Of a DNA stretch of 64,000 nt, positions 39,918 through 48,628 are shown piece by piece. The notes under the pieces are model-generated. The model saw nothing but the letters and a program-made list of their open reading frames with translations, was not told the origin of the DNA and searched no databases. The position numbers were made by a program, and so were the translations under genes. Position 1 is the stretch's first letter; each line of letters starts with the position of its first letter. Source of the stretch: an uncultured Gammaproteobacteria bacterium. Its GTDB lineage: Bacteria > Patescibacteriota > Patescibacteriia > Veblenbacterales > UBA10138. The stretch lies in NCBI GenBank assembly GCA_964453605.1, contig CAYVOI010000001.1, forward strand, positions 740,095 through 804,094, written 5' to 3'.

Positions 39918-41449
39918 GGTTTGGGGTAGTAGAGTAGCTGGTCTCCCAGCACCTCCCGTAGCTCGTAGTTAGACCTAATGGCCGCTATCATCTCATTAGT
40001 AAGCGGGGCGTTGCCGTCACGCACGTTGTAGCGACGATGGTCGATAGTGCCGCGAGCCATGCTGAGCAACACCAGCTTAAACTCACGCCGATTGAACTTA
40101 GTAACAAAGAGGCTTTGATCCCACAAGCCACGACGGACAAGGTGGGGGTAGGTACGCGAACCAAGCAACCAACTCTGCGCTCTAACAAACGGAGCGAACT
40201 GCATATCCTCTTCAAAAAAATCGGCGCTCCCCAAGTGTATTAGGCGCTCTACCACGGTAGTGTAGTCAGGCAGGCGTTGCCAGGCCGCGTCGACCACCGT
40301 GTTCAAGTTTTGTATAGCAATCCCCTGCACAATGGTAAAACTAAGGAGCGCGAACAGCACCAGCACGCTGCGGTTCTCTGTAAACCAGCGGAGCAGCGGT
40401 GCCAGTACCTGGCCCTTGAGTGAACTCCAAGCCAAGAGACCAACCATAAGGCACGCGAGCTGGAACTCAAACCAGTAGTTGGGTCCTGCCCCTGCTCGGG
40501 CATAGGCCACCAGCGACACGAGCGAACCCGCGAGGTAGAGCATAAAAAAGGCTAGCGACGAACGGGGGCTGAGCTCTACCCTACCCCTGAACCTAGCCTC
40601 GAGAAATAGCGCGGTGGGGAAGAGCAGGAACGCTGCCGGCCACGTAGCGAGCGGTGCTAGCCCCAAGCTCAGGTTACTAAAGTAGAACCGCTGACCGGTA
40701 TTCACAGTTATGAGGTGGACAAAGAACTGGCCTCCAGTCAACTGATTACACCACCAAAAAAGTGCTACCACCGGCACCACAAAAGCCAGGGCATAGGCAA
40801 GCGCGGTGCGGCGCTGACCCTGCCACCACAGGTAGAGTGTGGCGGCGAGTGGCCCCGCCAAAAATGTGGTTTTCGTGTAGAACGCCAGCACGAAGCAGGG
40901 CACCGATAGCCACAAACTAAAGCGGCTTGGCCGGGTGATGAGGAAAGCTCCCAACATGGTAAAGGCTAATCCCAAAAAATCAACGCGGTCGAGCACGGCC
41001 CACCCCATCACGTTCGACACCGACATAAAGGCGAGCGCACCAGCGAGCGCCAACGCGCGGCCAGCTGAGCGGCGCAGCACGGCATAAACCAAACCAGAAA
41101 TAGCGAGGAGCGAGACAATAGAGAGCAAGCGCCCCACGGTGTGGTCAAGCGGCAGGTGGAAAAAACCTATGATAGTGGCCGACAACAACACAAAGAGCGG
41201 CGGGTAGGGGCTGGTGAAGTAGGGCGGCTGTGCCAGTGGCGGGTAGATGGTCCTAAGCTCAGGGTGTGCTAAGAACAGCTTCACCTGGTTTAGCACAAAG
41301 TTCTCGTTGCTATCGAGCGCGTAAGGGTAGGTAACGGCGCTCCAAGCGTAGTAGAACCAGAAGATGGCAAATACGGCCACCACCACACTGAACCAAAACC
41401 ACGGTTTGGTGATGGTGCTAAATCGATACTCTGCGCGGGAGTGATCCAC
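39914..41449 (-). CDS. GT-C fold (PMT/ArnT-like) membrane glycosyltransferase
   Basis: LDSNE first-loop acidic motif, YPPL, GRLLS, RVDFLGL, FYTKT; many TM helices; ATGA overlap with the DUF2723 gene. Confidence 0.8.
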   Translation of the reverse strand: MDHSRAEYRFSTITKPWFWFSVVVAVFAIFWFYYAWSAVTYPYALDSNENFVLNQVKLFLAHPELRTIYPPLAQPPYFTSPYPPLFVLLSATIIGFFHLPLDHTVGRLLSIVSLLAISGLVYAVLRRSAGRALALAGALAFMSVSNVMGWAVLDRVDFLGLAFTMLGAFLITRPSRFSLWLSVPCFVLAFYTKTTFLAGPLAATLYLWWQGQRRTALAYALAFVVPVVALFWWCNQLTGGQFFVHLITVNTGQRFYFSNLSLGLAPLATWPAAFLLFPTALFLEARFRGRVELSPRSSLAFFMLYLAGSLVSLVAYARAGAGPNYWFEFQLACLMVGLLAWSSLKGQVLAPLLRWFTENRSVLVLFALLSFTIVQGIAIQNLNTVVDAAWQRLPDYTTVVERLIHLGSADFFEEDMQFAPFVRAQSWLLGSRTYPHLVRRGLWDQSLFVTKFNRREFKLVLLSMARGTIDHRRYNVRDGNAPLTNEMIAAIRSNYELREVLGDQLLYYPKP

Positions 41450-41565
41450 AGGACAAAAGTTAACTCACGAACGTATAAACACTACCACTCTCTAATCCGT
41501 CAAGCTCTTAAGGTAGGCAAAGATATAGTACAGTCTAACAGTAATACTAATACCAAGCTACCATA

Positions 41566-41594
41566 AAACCATCCGTCATTTGGCGGATGGTTTT
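41566..41594 (-). terminator. Terminator after pilin copy 2
   Basis: AAAACCATCCGTCA-TT-TGGCGGATGGTTTT. Confidence 0.75.
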
Positions 41595-41613
41595 ACGACA
41601 ACGTAAGCCTGCT

Positions 41614-42087
41614 TTACTGAATCCCGTTCGGCGTAGCGGTGTGAGCTGTGCCGGTCGCAAGACCAGACATAGCTGCGTTCTCAGTAGTGAAAGCCAAACT
41701 ATAGCTGATACAGGTGGTGCCTGCATTGGTGCACCCCGAGGGGGTAGGCGTGTAGGCGTAGGTATCACTCTGCGGGGGAACTGGAACCTTACCCATGTAC
41801 ACCGTGCCCCCAGCACTGCCGCTCGCAGTGAAACCGGCTGCTGTATTACTGAGGGTTGCGGCAGTAGCACCGCCAAGGTTACCACTGTAGGCTGGATAGC
41901 CAGTCTGGTCACCGTAGTAAAGCTCCATGGCGGTGACGAGCTGCTTGATATCGCTGACGCGCTTGGCGTCACGGGCCTTCTGCCTCGCGTTCTGCAGGGC
42001 CACAATGGCCAGGGTCGACAGAATGCCGATGATGGCAATAACCACCAAGAGCTCGATGAGGGTAAAACCTTTGTGTTGGTTCTTCAT
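41614..42087 (-). CDS. Major type IV pilin, copy 2
   Basis: MKNQHKG|[17 protein letters not shown]...[11 protein letters not shown]; RBS AAAGGAGGTGA. Confidence 0.93.
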   Translation of the reverse strand: MKNQHKGFTLIELLVVIAIIGILSTLAIVALQNARQKARDAKRVSDIKQLVTAMELYYGDQTGYPAYSGNLGGATAATLSNTAAGFTASGSAGGTVYMGKVPVPPQSDTYAYTPTPSGCTNAGTTCISYSLAFTTENAAMSGLATGTAHTATPNGIQ

Positions 42088-42170
42088 GCTGTCACCTCCT
42101 TTCAAGATAGTTTAAGTGCTTAAACTATACCATGTCCAGTGAGGGAGAACAACGCTGTACAGTAATTACC

Positions 42171-42195
42171 AAACCACCCCGAGGTGGGGTGGTTT
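42171..42195 (-). terminator. Terminator after pilin copy 1
   Basis: AAACCACCCC-GAGGT-GGGGTGGTTT. Confidence 0.7.
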
Positions 42196-42216
42196 GGATA
42201 AAATGCACTGAAGTAC

Positions 42217-42690
42217 CTACTGAATCCCGTTCGGCGTAGCGGTGTGAGCTGTGCCGGTCGCAAGACCAGACATAGCTGCGTTCTCAGTAGTGAAAGCCAA
42301 ACTATAGCTGATACAGGTGGTGCCTGCATTGGTGCACCCCGAGGGGGTAGGCGTGTAGGCGTAGGTATCACTCTGCGGGGGAACTGGAACCTTACCCATG
42401 TACACCGTGCCCCCAGCACTGCCGCTCGCAGTGAAACCGGCTGCTGTATTACTGAGGGTTGCGGCAGTAGCACCGCCAAGGTTACCACTGTAGGCTGGAT
42501 AGCCAGTCTGGTCACCGTAGTAAAGCTCCATGGCGGTGACGAGCTGCTTGATATCGCTGACGCGCTTGGCGTCACGGGCCTTCTGCCTCGCGTTCTGCAG
42601 GGCCACAATGGCCAGGGTCGACAGAATGCCGATGATGGCAATAACCACCAAGAGCTCGATGAGGGTAAAACCTTTGTGTTGGTTCTTCAT
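42217..42690 (-). CDS. Major type IV pilin, copy 1
   Basis: Same sequence as 41614..42087 apart from the stop codon. Confidence 0.93.
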   Translation of the reverse strand: MKNQHKGFTLIELLVVIAIIGILSTLAIVALQNARQKARDAKRVSDIKQLVTAMELYYGDQTGYPAYSGNLGGATAATLSNTAAGFTASGSAGGTVYMGKVPVPPQSDTYAYTPTPSGCTNAGTTCISYSLAFTTENAAMSGLATGTAHTATPNGIQ

Positions 42691-42756
42691 GCTGTCACCT
42701 CCTTTCGCGTAAAACTGGTTGACTTAAATTGACTTTACTAGTATAGCACATTTTAC

Positions 42757-42808
42757 ACTGGAGCGCTAGAGCACTAAAGTACTAGAGCACTACGGCACTA
42801 GAACACTG
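42757..42808. repeat. Degenerate octamer tandem repeat (TAGAGCAC)n
   Basis: GAGCGC-TAGAGCAC-TAAAGTAC-TAGAGCAC-TACGGCAC-TAGAACAC; inverted degenerate units near 43000-43040. Confidence 0.75.
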
Positions 42809-42826
42809 AGCGGGTGGACCATAACC

Positions 42827-42997
42827 CTACTTGGCGTAGACGCGCAGTGCATCCAAAGCCTTCCAGAGCATGGCACCGATTTCTTCAGTTAGAGCGGTCA
42901 ACTTTGCAGCTGCTTGTGCTGAGCAGTACTGTTCCTGAGCTGAAAAATCAAGTTGGTCCATTTTACCCCTAAGCTGTTCCCGAAAATCCCGACCCAT
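42827..42997 (-). pseudogene. Internally deleted four-helix-bundle (23S rRNA IVS / bAvd-like) gene
   Basis: 56-aa ORF MGRDFREQLRGKMDQ-LDFSAQEQY...EEIGAMLWK keeps family-like N and C ends but lacks the central helices; flanked by octamer repeats. Confidence 0.65.
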
Positions 42998-43045
42998 AGT
43001 GGTCTAGTGATCAGGTGCTCTAGTGCTAAAGTGACCAAGTGTAGC

Positions 43046-44254
43046 TTAGGCTGCGCCTGACAGTCGGTACATGGGGAGCAGGATAGACGACACAATAAAC
43101 CCAACCGCCACGCCCATGACAAGCATGATAGCCGGCTCCAGTAGGGTCACCAAGTTGGTCACCAGGTTGTTAACCTCGTGGGTGTAGAAGGCACTGAGGC
43201 GTTTGAAAATTTCTTCCAAGCGACCGGTTTTCTCGCCCACGATCATCATCTGCGGCAGCATGGGCGGCACCGCACTGCTCTGGGCAAAAATGGTGGCAAT
43301 AGAGTTACCATCTTCCACCTCTTTGATAGTCCGCTCGATGATATCCTTATACACGGCACTGCCCACCACGTTAGCCACAATGCTCAGAGACCTGGTGAGC
43401 GGCACGCCGCCGACCACCAGCGTGTACATAGACTGGGTGAACCTGACCAGGTAGATGTGGCGGTAGATGGTGCCAACAATGGGAATTTTAAGCTGCAGCG
43501 TGTGCCACACGTGCTTGCCCCTGGGGGTTTTCACAAACAGGCGCGTGAGCACCGCCACGGCCGCAATAATAATGAGGAGCAGCCACCAGTAGCTGGCCAT
43601 GAAGTGGCTCACGGCTATGAGCAGCTTGGTCGAAAACGGCAGCTCGGTCCCGGCTTCAACTAAAACCTGGGTCAGCTTAGGTACCACGTACACCATCATG
43701 ACCGAGCCCACCACAACCAAACCGGAAAGAATGAAAGCGGGGTAGATCATGGCGCCCTTGATGCGCGAGGTGAGGTCGTAGTTCTTCTCCGCTTCGTCGG
43801 CCAGGTAGTTCAGAATTTCGTCAATCTTCCCCGAGCTCTCGCCAGAGTTCACCATGTTGATGTAGAAGTCGGAGAATACCTCGGGGTACTTCCCCAGCGC
43901 GGCCGACAGCTTGGCCCCGCCCTCCACTTCGTCCGCCACCTCGGACACTACTACCTTGAGCTTAGGATTTACGGTCTGCTTCTCCATGATGCGGAGAGCC
44001 TGCACAATCGGCACGGTGGCTGAGGCCATCACGGCGAGCTGGCGGGAGAAGATAACCAGGTCGCGGGTCTTGATGCGAGCGATTGGGCTGGCAGCCAAAA
44101 ACTGGAACCGGCTCACCCGCCGCTCTTCTACCATGAGCGGCGTTAGGCTGCGGTCGGTCAGAATTTCTACGGCTACCTCACGTGAGGGCGCCTCCACCAT
44201 GCCGCGGATAGACTTACCCTCGAGGTCTTTGGCTTGGTACGCAAACAGTGCCAT
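43046..44254 (-). CDS. pilC: Type IV pilus platform protein (T2SS F family)
   Basis: FSRQLAVM, GESSG, IKGAMIYP, GEKTG, LLEPAIML. Confidence 0.95.
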   Translation of the reverse strand: MALFAYQAKDLEGKSIRGMVEAPSREVAVEILTDRSLTPLMVEERRVSRFQFLAASPIARIKTRDLVIFSRQLAVMASATVPIVQALRIMEKQTVNPKLKVVVSEVADEVEGGAKLSAALGKYPEVFSDFYINMVNSGESSGKIDEILNYLADEAEKNYDLTSRIKGAMIYPAFILSGLVVVGSVMMVYVVPKLTQVLVEAGTELPFSTKLLIAVSHFMASYWWLLLIIIAAVAVLTRLFVKTPRGKHVWHTLQLKIPIVGTIYRHIYLVRFTQSMYTLVVGGVPLTRSLSIVANVVGSAVYKDIIERTIKEVEDGNSIATIFAQSSAVPPMLPQMMIVGEKTGRLEEIFKRLSAFYTHEVNNLVTNLVTLLEPAIMLVMGVAVGFIVSSILLPMYRLSGAA

Positions 44255-44260
44255 AGGGAA

Positions 44261-45337
44261 CTACTTAGACTTGAGCAGCGACTCTAAGGTCTCGCGGTGC
44301 ACAGCCTGGGCCAGCGCCTCTTCGCGCATCACGTCGCCGCGCTGCACCAGCGTGGCCATGGCTCGTTCCAGCGCTACCATGCCCTCCTCGCGAGAGGTTT
44401 CGAGTATGCTCTGAATTTGGTGCACCCTGCCCTCATGGAGCAACGACTTCACCGGCTGGGTGGCGAGCAAGAGTTCAGTGGCGAGCAGGCGCCCGCCGCC
44501 GAGGCGCGGCAGGAGACGCTGCGAGGTGACACCGAGGAGAGTTTCGGCCAGCAGGAGCTGCATGGTCTGCGGTTCCAACCCTGGCCAGGGTGAGGTTAGG
44601 TACTCGAGCGCGCGGACCGTTGCATCAGCCTCTAGCACCACCAGCACCAGGGTACCAGCGGCCGCCAGCTTCAAGAGGTCGGGCCACACCGACAGCGGCA
44701 GCGGCACGTCTACCGCCACCACATCAACATCTTCGTGCCTCAGGTCGGCAATGGCTTCGGCCGCCGTGGCGACGTCGTCCCCCACCGCGCGCTGCTCAAC
44801 GAGCGCCCGGTCACTCTGGAGCACGTACTCCACCGGACTCTCGAGGGTAACAATGTGCCTGGCCGCGGTGTGGTTCACCTGGTCTAAGAGCGAGGCCAGG
44901 GTAGTAGTACGCCCAGAGCCCAACGGCCCGGTGATGAGCACCAGCCCCTCACGCGCCGCCGCGAGCTCTACTAAACGTTTGGGTAAGCCCAAGGTGGTGG
45001 CCGGCGGCACCTGCAGCGGAATGTAGCGGAGGTCAAAGGCAGGGTATCCCTTCTGGTAGCTTACGTGCACCCGAAAACGCGCGCGCGTACCCAGGGCGTA
45101 GCCTACGGCAACGTGCTTCTGGGCCGCAAAAACTGCCTGGGCTGGTTCGCTCAAGAACAGGTGGGTGAGCTCCTGCAAAAACTCCACGCTCACCACCGGC
45201 TCGTCCTTCATGGCTTCCAGGCGGCCGTCGCGCCTGAGCATGGGTTGGTTCCCGGCAGTGAGGTGCACGTCAGAGGCCTGGCGCTCGATGACGCTGGTGA
45301 GTATGCGGCTCAAGGCTGCGGTATCGGCAGCAGACAT
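44261..45337 (-). CDS. PilT-like protein with degenerate ATPase motifs
   Basis: ASDVHL, GLVLITGPLGSGRTTT, HIVTLESPVEY, SQRLLPR, SREEGM; Walker B and His-box altered. Confidence 0.85.
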   Translation of the reverse strand: MSAADTAALSRILTSVIERQASDVHLTAGNQPMLRRDGRLEAMKDEPVVSVEFLQELTHLFLSEPAQAVFAAQKHVAVGYALGTRARFRVHVSYQKGYPAFDLRYIPLQVPPATTLGLPKRLVELAAAREGLVLITGPLGSGRTTTLASLLDQVNHTAARHIVTLESPVEYVLQSDRALVEQRAVGDDVATAAEAIADLRHEDVDVVAVDVPLPLSVWPDLLKLAAAGTLVLVVLEADATVRALEYLTSPWPGLEPQTMQLLLAETLLGVTSQRLLPRLGGGRLLATELLLATQPVKSLLHEGRVHQIQSILETSREEGMVALERAMATLVQRGDVMREEALAQAVHRETLESLLKSK

Positions 45338-45346
45338 AGGCGCTCG

Positions 45347-47092
45347 CTAGTCCCGGGCCACCGCAATAACCTCTTCGAGGGAAGTAACACCGAAGAGGGC
45401 CTTGAAGTAGCCGTCTTGAATCAAACTGGTGCCACCCTGCCGCACGAACTCGGCCTTGAGGTCGTAGGGCTTGGCGCCCTCCACGATAATGCGCTGGAGC
45501 TCAGGCGTGTTGATGAGCACTTCGGAAATGGCCACCCGGCCACGGTAGCCGGAGTTCTCACACTGGTTACAGCCCTGAGCCTGGTAGAGCGTCCACGGCT
45601 CAGCTGGTATCTCCGCCCTCGTCTCTGCCCCCAAGGTCTCAAACTGCTGTTTGATCTGAGCTCCCACCTCAGGCGGCGGCGAGACGGCCCGCTTGCAGTT
45701 CTCGCAGAGCTTCCGCACCAAGCGCTGAGCAATAATGACGTTGATGGTCGAGGCCAAGAGGAACGGCTCCATGTGCATGTCGATGAGCCGGAGGATAGCC
45801 GAGGGCGCGTCGTTGGTGTGGAGCGTAGAGAGCAGCACGTGGCCAGTGAGGGAGGCGTGGATAGCCAGCTCCGCCGTTTCCGAGTCACGAATTTCACCGA
45901 CCATGATAATGTCCGGGTCTTGCCGCAGAATGGACCTGAGACCGCTGGCAAACGTGAAACCAACCTCAGGGTTAATTTGGCTCTGGTTCACCCCCGAGAG
46001 GAAGTACTCCACTGGGTCCTCGAGGGTGATGATGTTCACGTCCTCATGGTTTAGAATGTTGAGCACAGCGTAGAGTGTGGTTGATTTTCCGCTCCCGGTG
46101 GGGCCCGTGACCAAGAACATGCCGTGCGGTTTGGTGATGGCGTCGTTCAGAACCTTAAGCTTCTGTCCGGAGAACCCTAAACCTTCAAAGGTCCTGACCC
46201 CGGTGGTTGGGTCGAGGATGCGCATGACCACCTTCTCGTTGGACACCAGGGGCAACGTCGACACGCGGAAGTCGATAACCTTGTCTACAACTTTGAGGCG
46301 GATGCGGCCGTCTTGGGGTAACCTGGTCTCATCAATTTTCAAATTGGCGAGCACCTTCACGCGAGAAATGACGGCGGAGTGAATGTACTTCGGGAGGGTG
46401 AGCGAGGTGTGGAGTACACCGTCGACGCGGAACCGTACCCGCGTATCGGCCTCGCCGGGCTCAATGTGCACGTCAGAAGCACCCCCCTCCACGGCGTGGC
46501 GGAGGATGACCGAAACCATTTTGGCGACCGGGGCCGACTTCAGTACCTGGTCAAAGTTCACCTCCTCGTCCTTGTCTGAAGCATCCCTAAAGACGTCCTG
46601 CTCCTTACCCTCTGTCATCTTCAGTGCCTCACCCACTTCACTGGTCAGGGTACTGTACTGGCGCAAGGTCTGGAGCAGGCCTTCACTGGTCGTAATAGCG
46701 TAGCGAGGCTTCCAGCCGTTCTGCCGCGCCAACAGCTCTATCGCTTCCATGGCCTTAAAGTTCTCGGGGTGCACCAGCGCCAACCAGACCTCAGTCCCCT
46801 GCCGCTTGAACGGCACAATCTGGTAGTACTGAGCGGTCTCGAGCGGCACCAGCTGTAAGACCTCTTTGTCAATGGTTTGGGCATTGAGTGCCACCGCCGG
46901 AAAATTGAAGAACTGGCTCTTGGCCTTAAGTAGGGCCTCGGGGGGCAGTACCGCCCGCTGAATAATGAGCTCCTCTAAGCTGCGTTGCTCAACCTGCACC
47001 TGCTTGCGGAGCTCTTCAAGCTGAGCAGCTCTGAGCAGCCCCTGCTTAACCAGGAAATCGCCGAAGTCTTTTTGTGAGAGTGGAGTGGCCAT
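45347..47092 (-). CDS. pilB: Type IV pilus extension ATPase (GspE/PilB)
   Basis: ASDVHIEP, RLPQDGR, GPTGSGKST, TLEDPVE, LRQDPDIIMVGEIRD, GHVLLSTLHTND, tetracysteine motif. Confidence 0.96.
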   Translation of the reverse strand: MATPLSQKDFGDFLVKQGLLRAAQLEELRKQVQVEQRSLEELIIQRAVLPPEALLKAKSQFFNFPAVALNAQTIDKEVLQLVPLETAQYYQIVPFKRQGTEVWLALVHPENFKAMEAIELLARQNGWKPRYAITTSEGLLQTLRQYSTLTSEVGEALKMTEGKEQDVFRDASDKDEEVNFDQVLKSAPVAKMVSVILRHAVEGGASDVHIEPGEADTRVRFRVDGVLHTSLTLPKYIHSAVISRVKVLANLKIDETRLPQDGRIRLKVVDKVIDFRVSTLPLVSNEKVVMRILDPTTGVRTFEGLGFSGQKLKVLNDAITKPHGMFLVTGPTGSGKSTTLYAVLNILNHEDVNIITLEDPVEYFLSGVNQSQINPEVGFTFASGLRSILRQDPDIIMVGEIRDSETAELAIHASLTGHVLLSTLHTNDAPSAILRLIDMHMEPFLLASTINVIIAQRLVRKLCENCKRAVSPPPEVGAQIKQQFETLGAETRAEIPAEPWTLYQAQGCNQCENSGYRGRVAISEVLINTPELQRIIVEGAKPYDLKAEFVRQGGTSLIQDGYFKALFGVTSLEEVIAVARD

Positions 47093-47104
47093 AGGCTACA
47101 AAGG

Positions 47105-47542
47105 TTAAGGGCTCTTACAGCTCGCTAGGCTGACGGGGAGTTGGCTGGTACGAAAGCTCTGGGTAGCAGTTTGGACGAGGTAGGTGTCGGGTGTAGTGGC
47201 AAGTTTCGCCCAGGCGCACCACTCGTCGTACAGGCTGCTCAGGTACACCGGGTAGGGCTGGTGGGTGTCCGGATCAGTCAGCATGGCGGGCAGGAGGCTG
47301 GCCTGGAGCAGCTCGGTCAGGGTGCCGTAGCGGTGGTAGCGGTTGAAGTAGAACTCTTGGGCTCGAGCCAGCGAGGTAAGGTGCTCTGTCCTCAGGGTAT
47401 CGTCGGCGCGTAGCTGCTGGTGCCTAAGGTACAAGTTAACGACCAGGGCGCCGAGCACCACTACTACCATGAGCACCACCACCGTCAGCAGAGCTACCCC
47501 CGACTGTCCTGCCTCCCGCCGCTGGTTGTTCACCACCGCCAC
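47105..47542 (-). CDS. Pilin-like protein
   Basis: QSG|VALLTVVVL helix, then AQEFYFN...YGTL...DP, Cys pair. Confidence 0.7.
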   Translation of the reverse strand: MAVVNNQRREAGQSGVALLTVVVLMVVVVLGALVVNLYLRHQQLRADDTLRTEHLTSLARAQEFYFNRYHRYGTLTELLQASLLPAMLTDPDTHQPYPVYLSSLYDEWCAWAKLATTPDTYLVQTATQSFRTSQLPVSLASCKSP

Positions 47543-47543
47543 C

Positions 47544-47876
47544 TTAGTGCTTCTTAACTAGCCCACCCTGGAGCGGCGCAAAGGGGTCGATGTTGTGGGT
47601 GGTGCCAGGCTTCAGGGGGAGCGTACCATCGTCTTGGAGCACGGGGGAAACCACACGGTCGAACAACCCTGGTTCGGCGAGCAGGCTCGGGTCAGGTAGC
47701 TCCAAGCGCGCATCCAAACCGCCACCAAAACGAGCCGCCGTGGTGAGCTTAGGTAACGACGAGAACGACAGACCAATATTGGCTGCCACCAGGTACACGC
47801 CAACCCCCACCGCCACGGCAAGCAGGGACAAGAGCACGGCGAGCTTGGTACGACTGAGCTTACGTGGTACGAGCAT
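47544..47876 (-). CDS. Small membrane protein at the pilP position
   Basis: ATG at 47876 (MLVPRK), single TM helix, C-terminal DPFAP; follows pilMNO. Confidence 0.65.
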   Translation of the reverse strand: MLVPRKLSRTKLAVLLSLLAVAVGVGVYLVAANIGLSFSSLPKLTTAARFGGGLDARLELPDPSLLAEPGLFDRVVSPVLQDDGTLPLKPGTTHNIDPFAPLQGGLVKKH

Positions 47877-48018
47877 ACCTAGCAGAGCAACTTCGCTCGA
47901 CCACAGGGCGGCGAGCGGGTTGCTGATTACGCTTACGTTTAGCCAAACTATAGGACATAGTACGTATACAAAGGGGGGTCGAGTCAAGCCGCAGCGAAGT
48001 TGTCATGCTAGGCATACT
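47872..48018 (-). promoter_or_regulatory. Long intergenic RNA stem-loop candidate
   Basis: 26-nt arms (48018-47993 and 47897-47872) with 21 Watson-Crick pairs plus G.U pairs on the minus strand. Confidence 0.6.
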
Positions 48019-48613
48019 AGTGAGTGTAGAAGTAGCTGGTAAGTTCTACGGCATAGTTGCCGTCGCGGCCAAAGGTTAAGCTCTTCAGCGCTACCAGCCG
48101 CCAGGCTGAGGTGGTCTGGCGCAGGAAATCCCTAAGGCGGCTGTAGGTACCACCCGTTAGTGAGAGGTTTACCTTCAGCTGGTGGATACCCGAATCAGTG
48201 AGAGTACTGGCCGTGGTGGTGCTCCGGCTTGAGCCACTGCCCTCCTGGGTCACGCTCAAACCTTGAAGCTGGAGCCGGCTATGGGTGGCGAGAGCGTCGA
48301 GCTCAGTGAGCAAGTTCGGCAAGTCGCTGTAGGAAGGGAGAATGAGGTTAATGGCGTCGCCCTCATTGTTCTGGGCCCAGGCCTGAGCTTTAGCTTGGAG
48401 TGCCTCAAAGCGAGCGTGCGTGCGGCTGAGCTGAGCTGCCAGCTCGACCGCTTGGTTGTTCTCCCTCACATCGCGGTAGAGGGGCCTAAGCCAGAGCCAG
48501 CTACCGCCGCCCACCACCAGCACCACGACTGCCACCGCCCACCAGGTAAAGTAGCGCGCCAGCTGCAGCTGCCACCAGACTATGAACTTTTTAGACTTCG
48601 GAGAAGTGGCCAT
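48017..48613 (-). CDS. pilO: PilO-like protein
   Basis: TM helix, coiled coil, LILPSYSDLPNLL, GGTYSRLRDFL, RLVALKSL. Confidence 0.8.
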   Translation of the reverse strand: MATSPKSKKFIVWWQLQLARYFTWWAVAVVVLVVGGGSWLWLRPLYRDVRENNQAVELAAQLSRTHARFEALQAKAQAWAQNNEGDAINLILPSYSDLPNLLTELDALATHSRLQLQGLSVTQEGSGSSRSTTTASTLTDSGIHQLKVNLSLTGGTYSRLRDFLRQTTSAWRLVALKSLTFGRDGNYAVELTSYFYTH

Positions 48614-48628
48614 AGGGGGTCACGAGGG

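Noticed and set aside
42827-42997. bAvd-like remnant plus duplicated pilins as a diversity-generating retroelement
   Set aside because: No reverse transcriptase in the window, and the pilin copies show no adenine-specific differences
45065-46054. Long antisense ORFs (this 329-aa one and similar ones over ileS, argS, trxR, pilC and the pilins)
   Set aside because: They are shadows of well-supported genes on the opposite strand, with no recognisable motifs
47958-47988. Internal minus-strand promoter TTGACT...TACTAT in the pil operon
   Set aside because: The spacer is 19 bp, outside the usual 16-18, so it was not called
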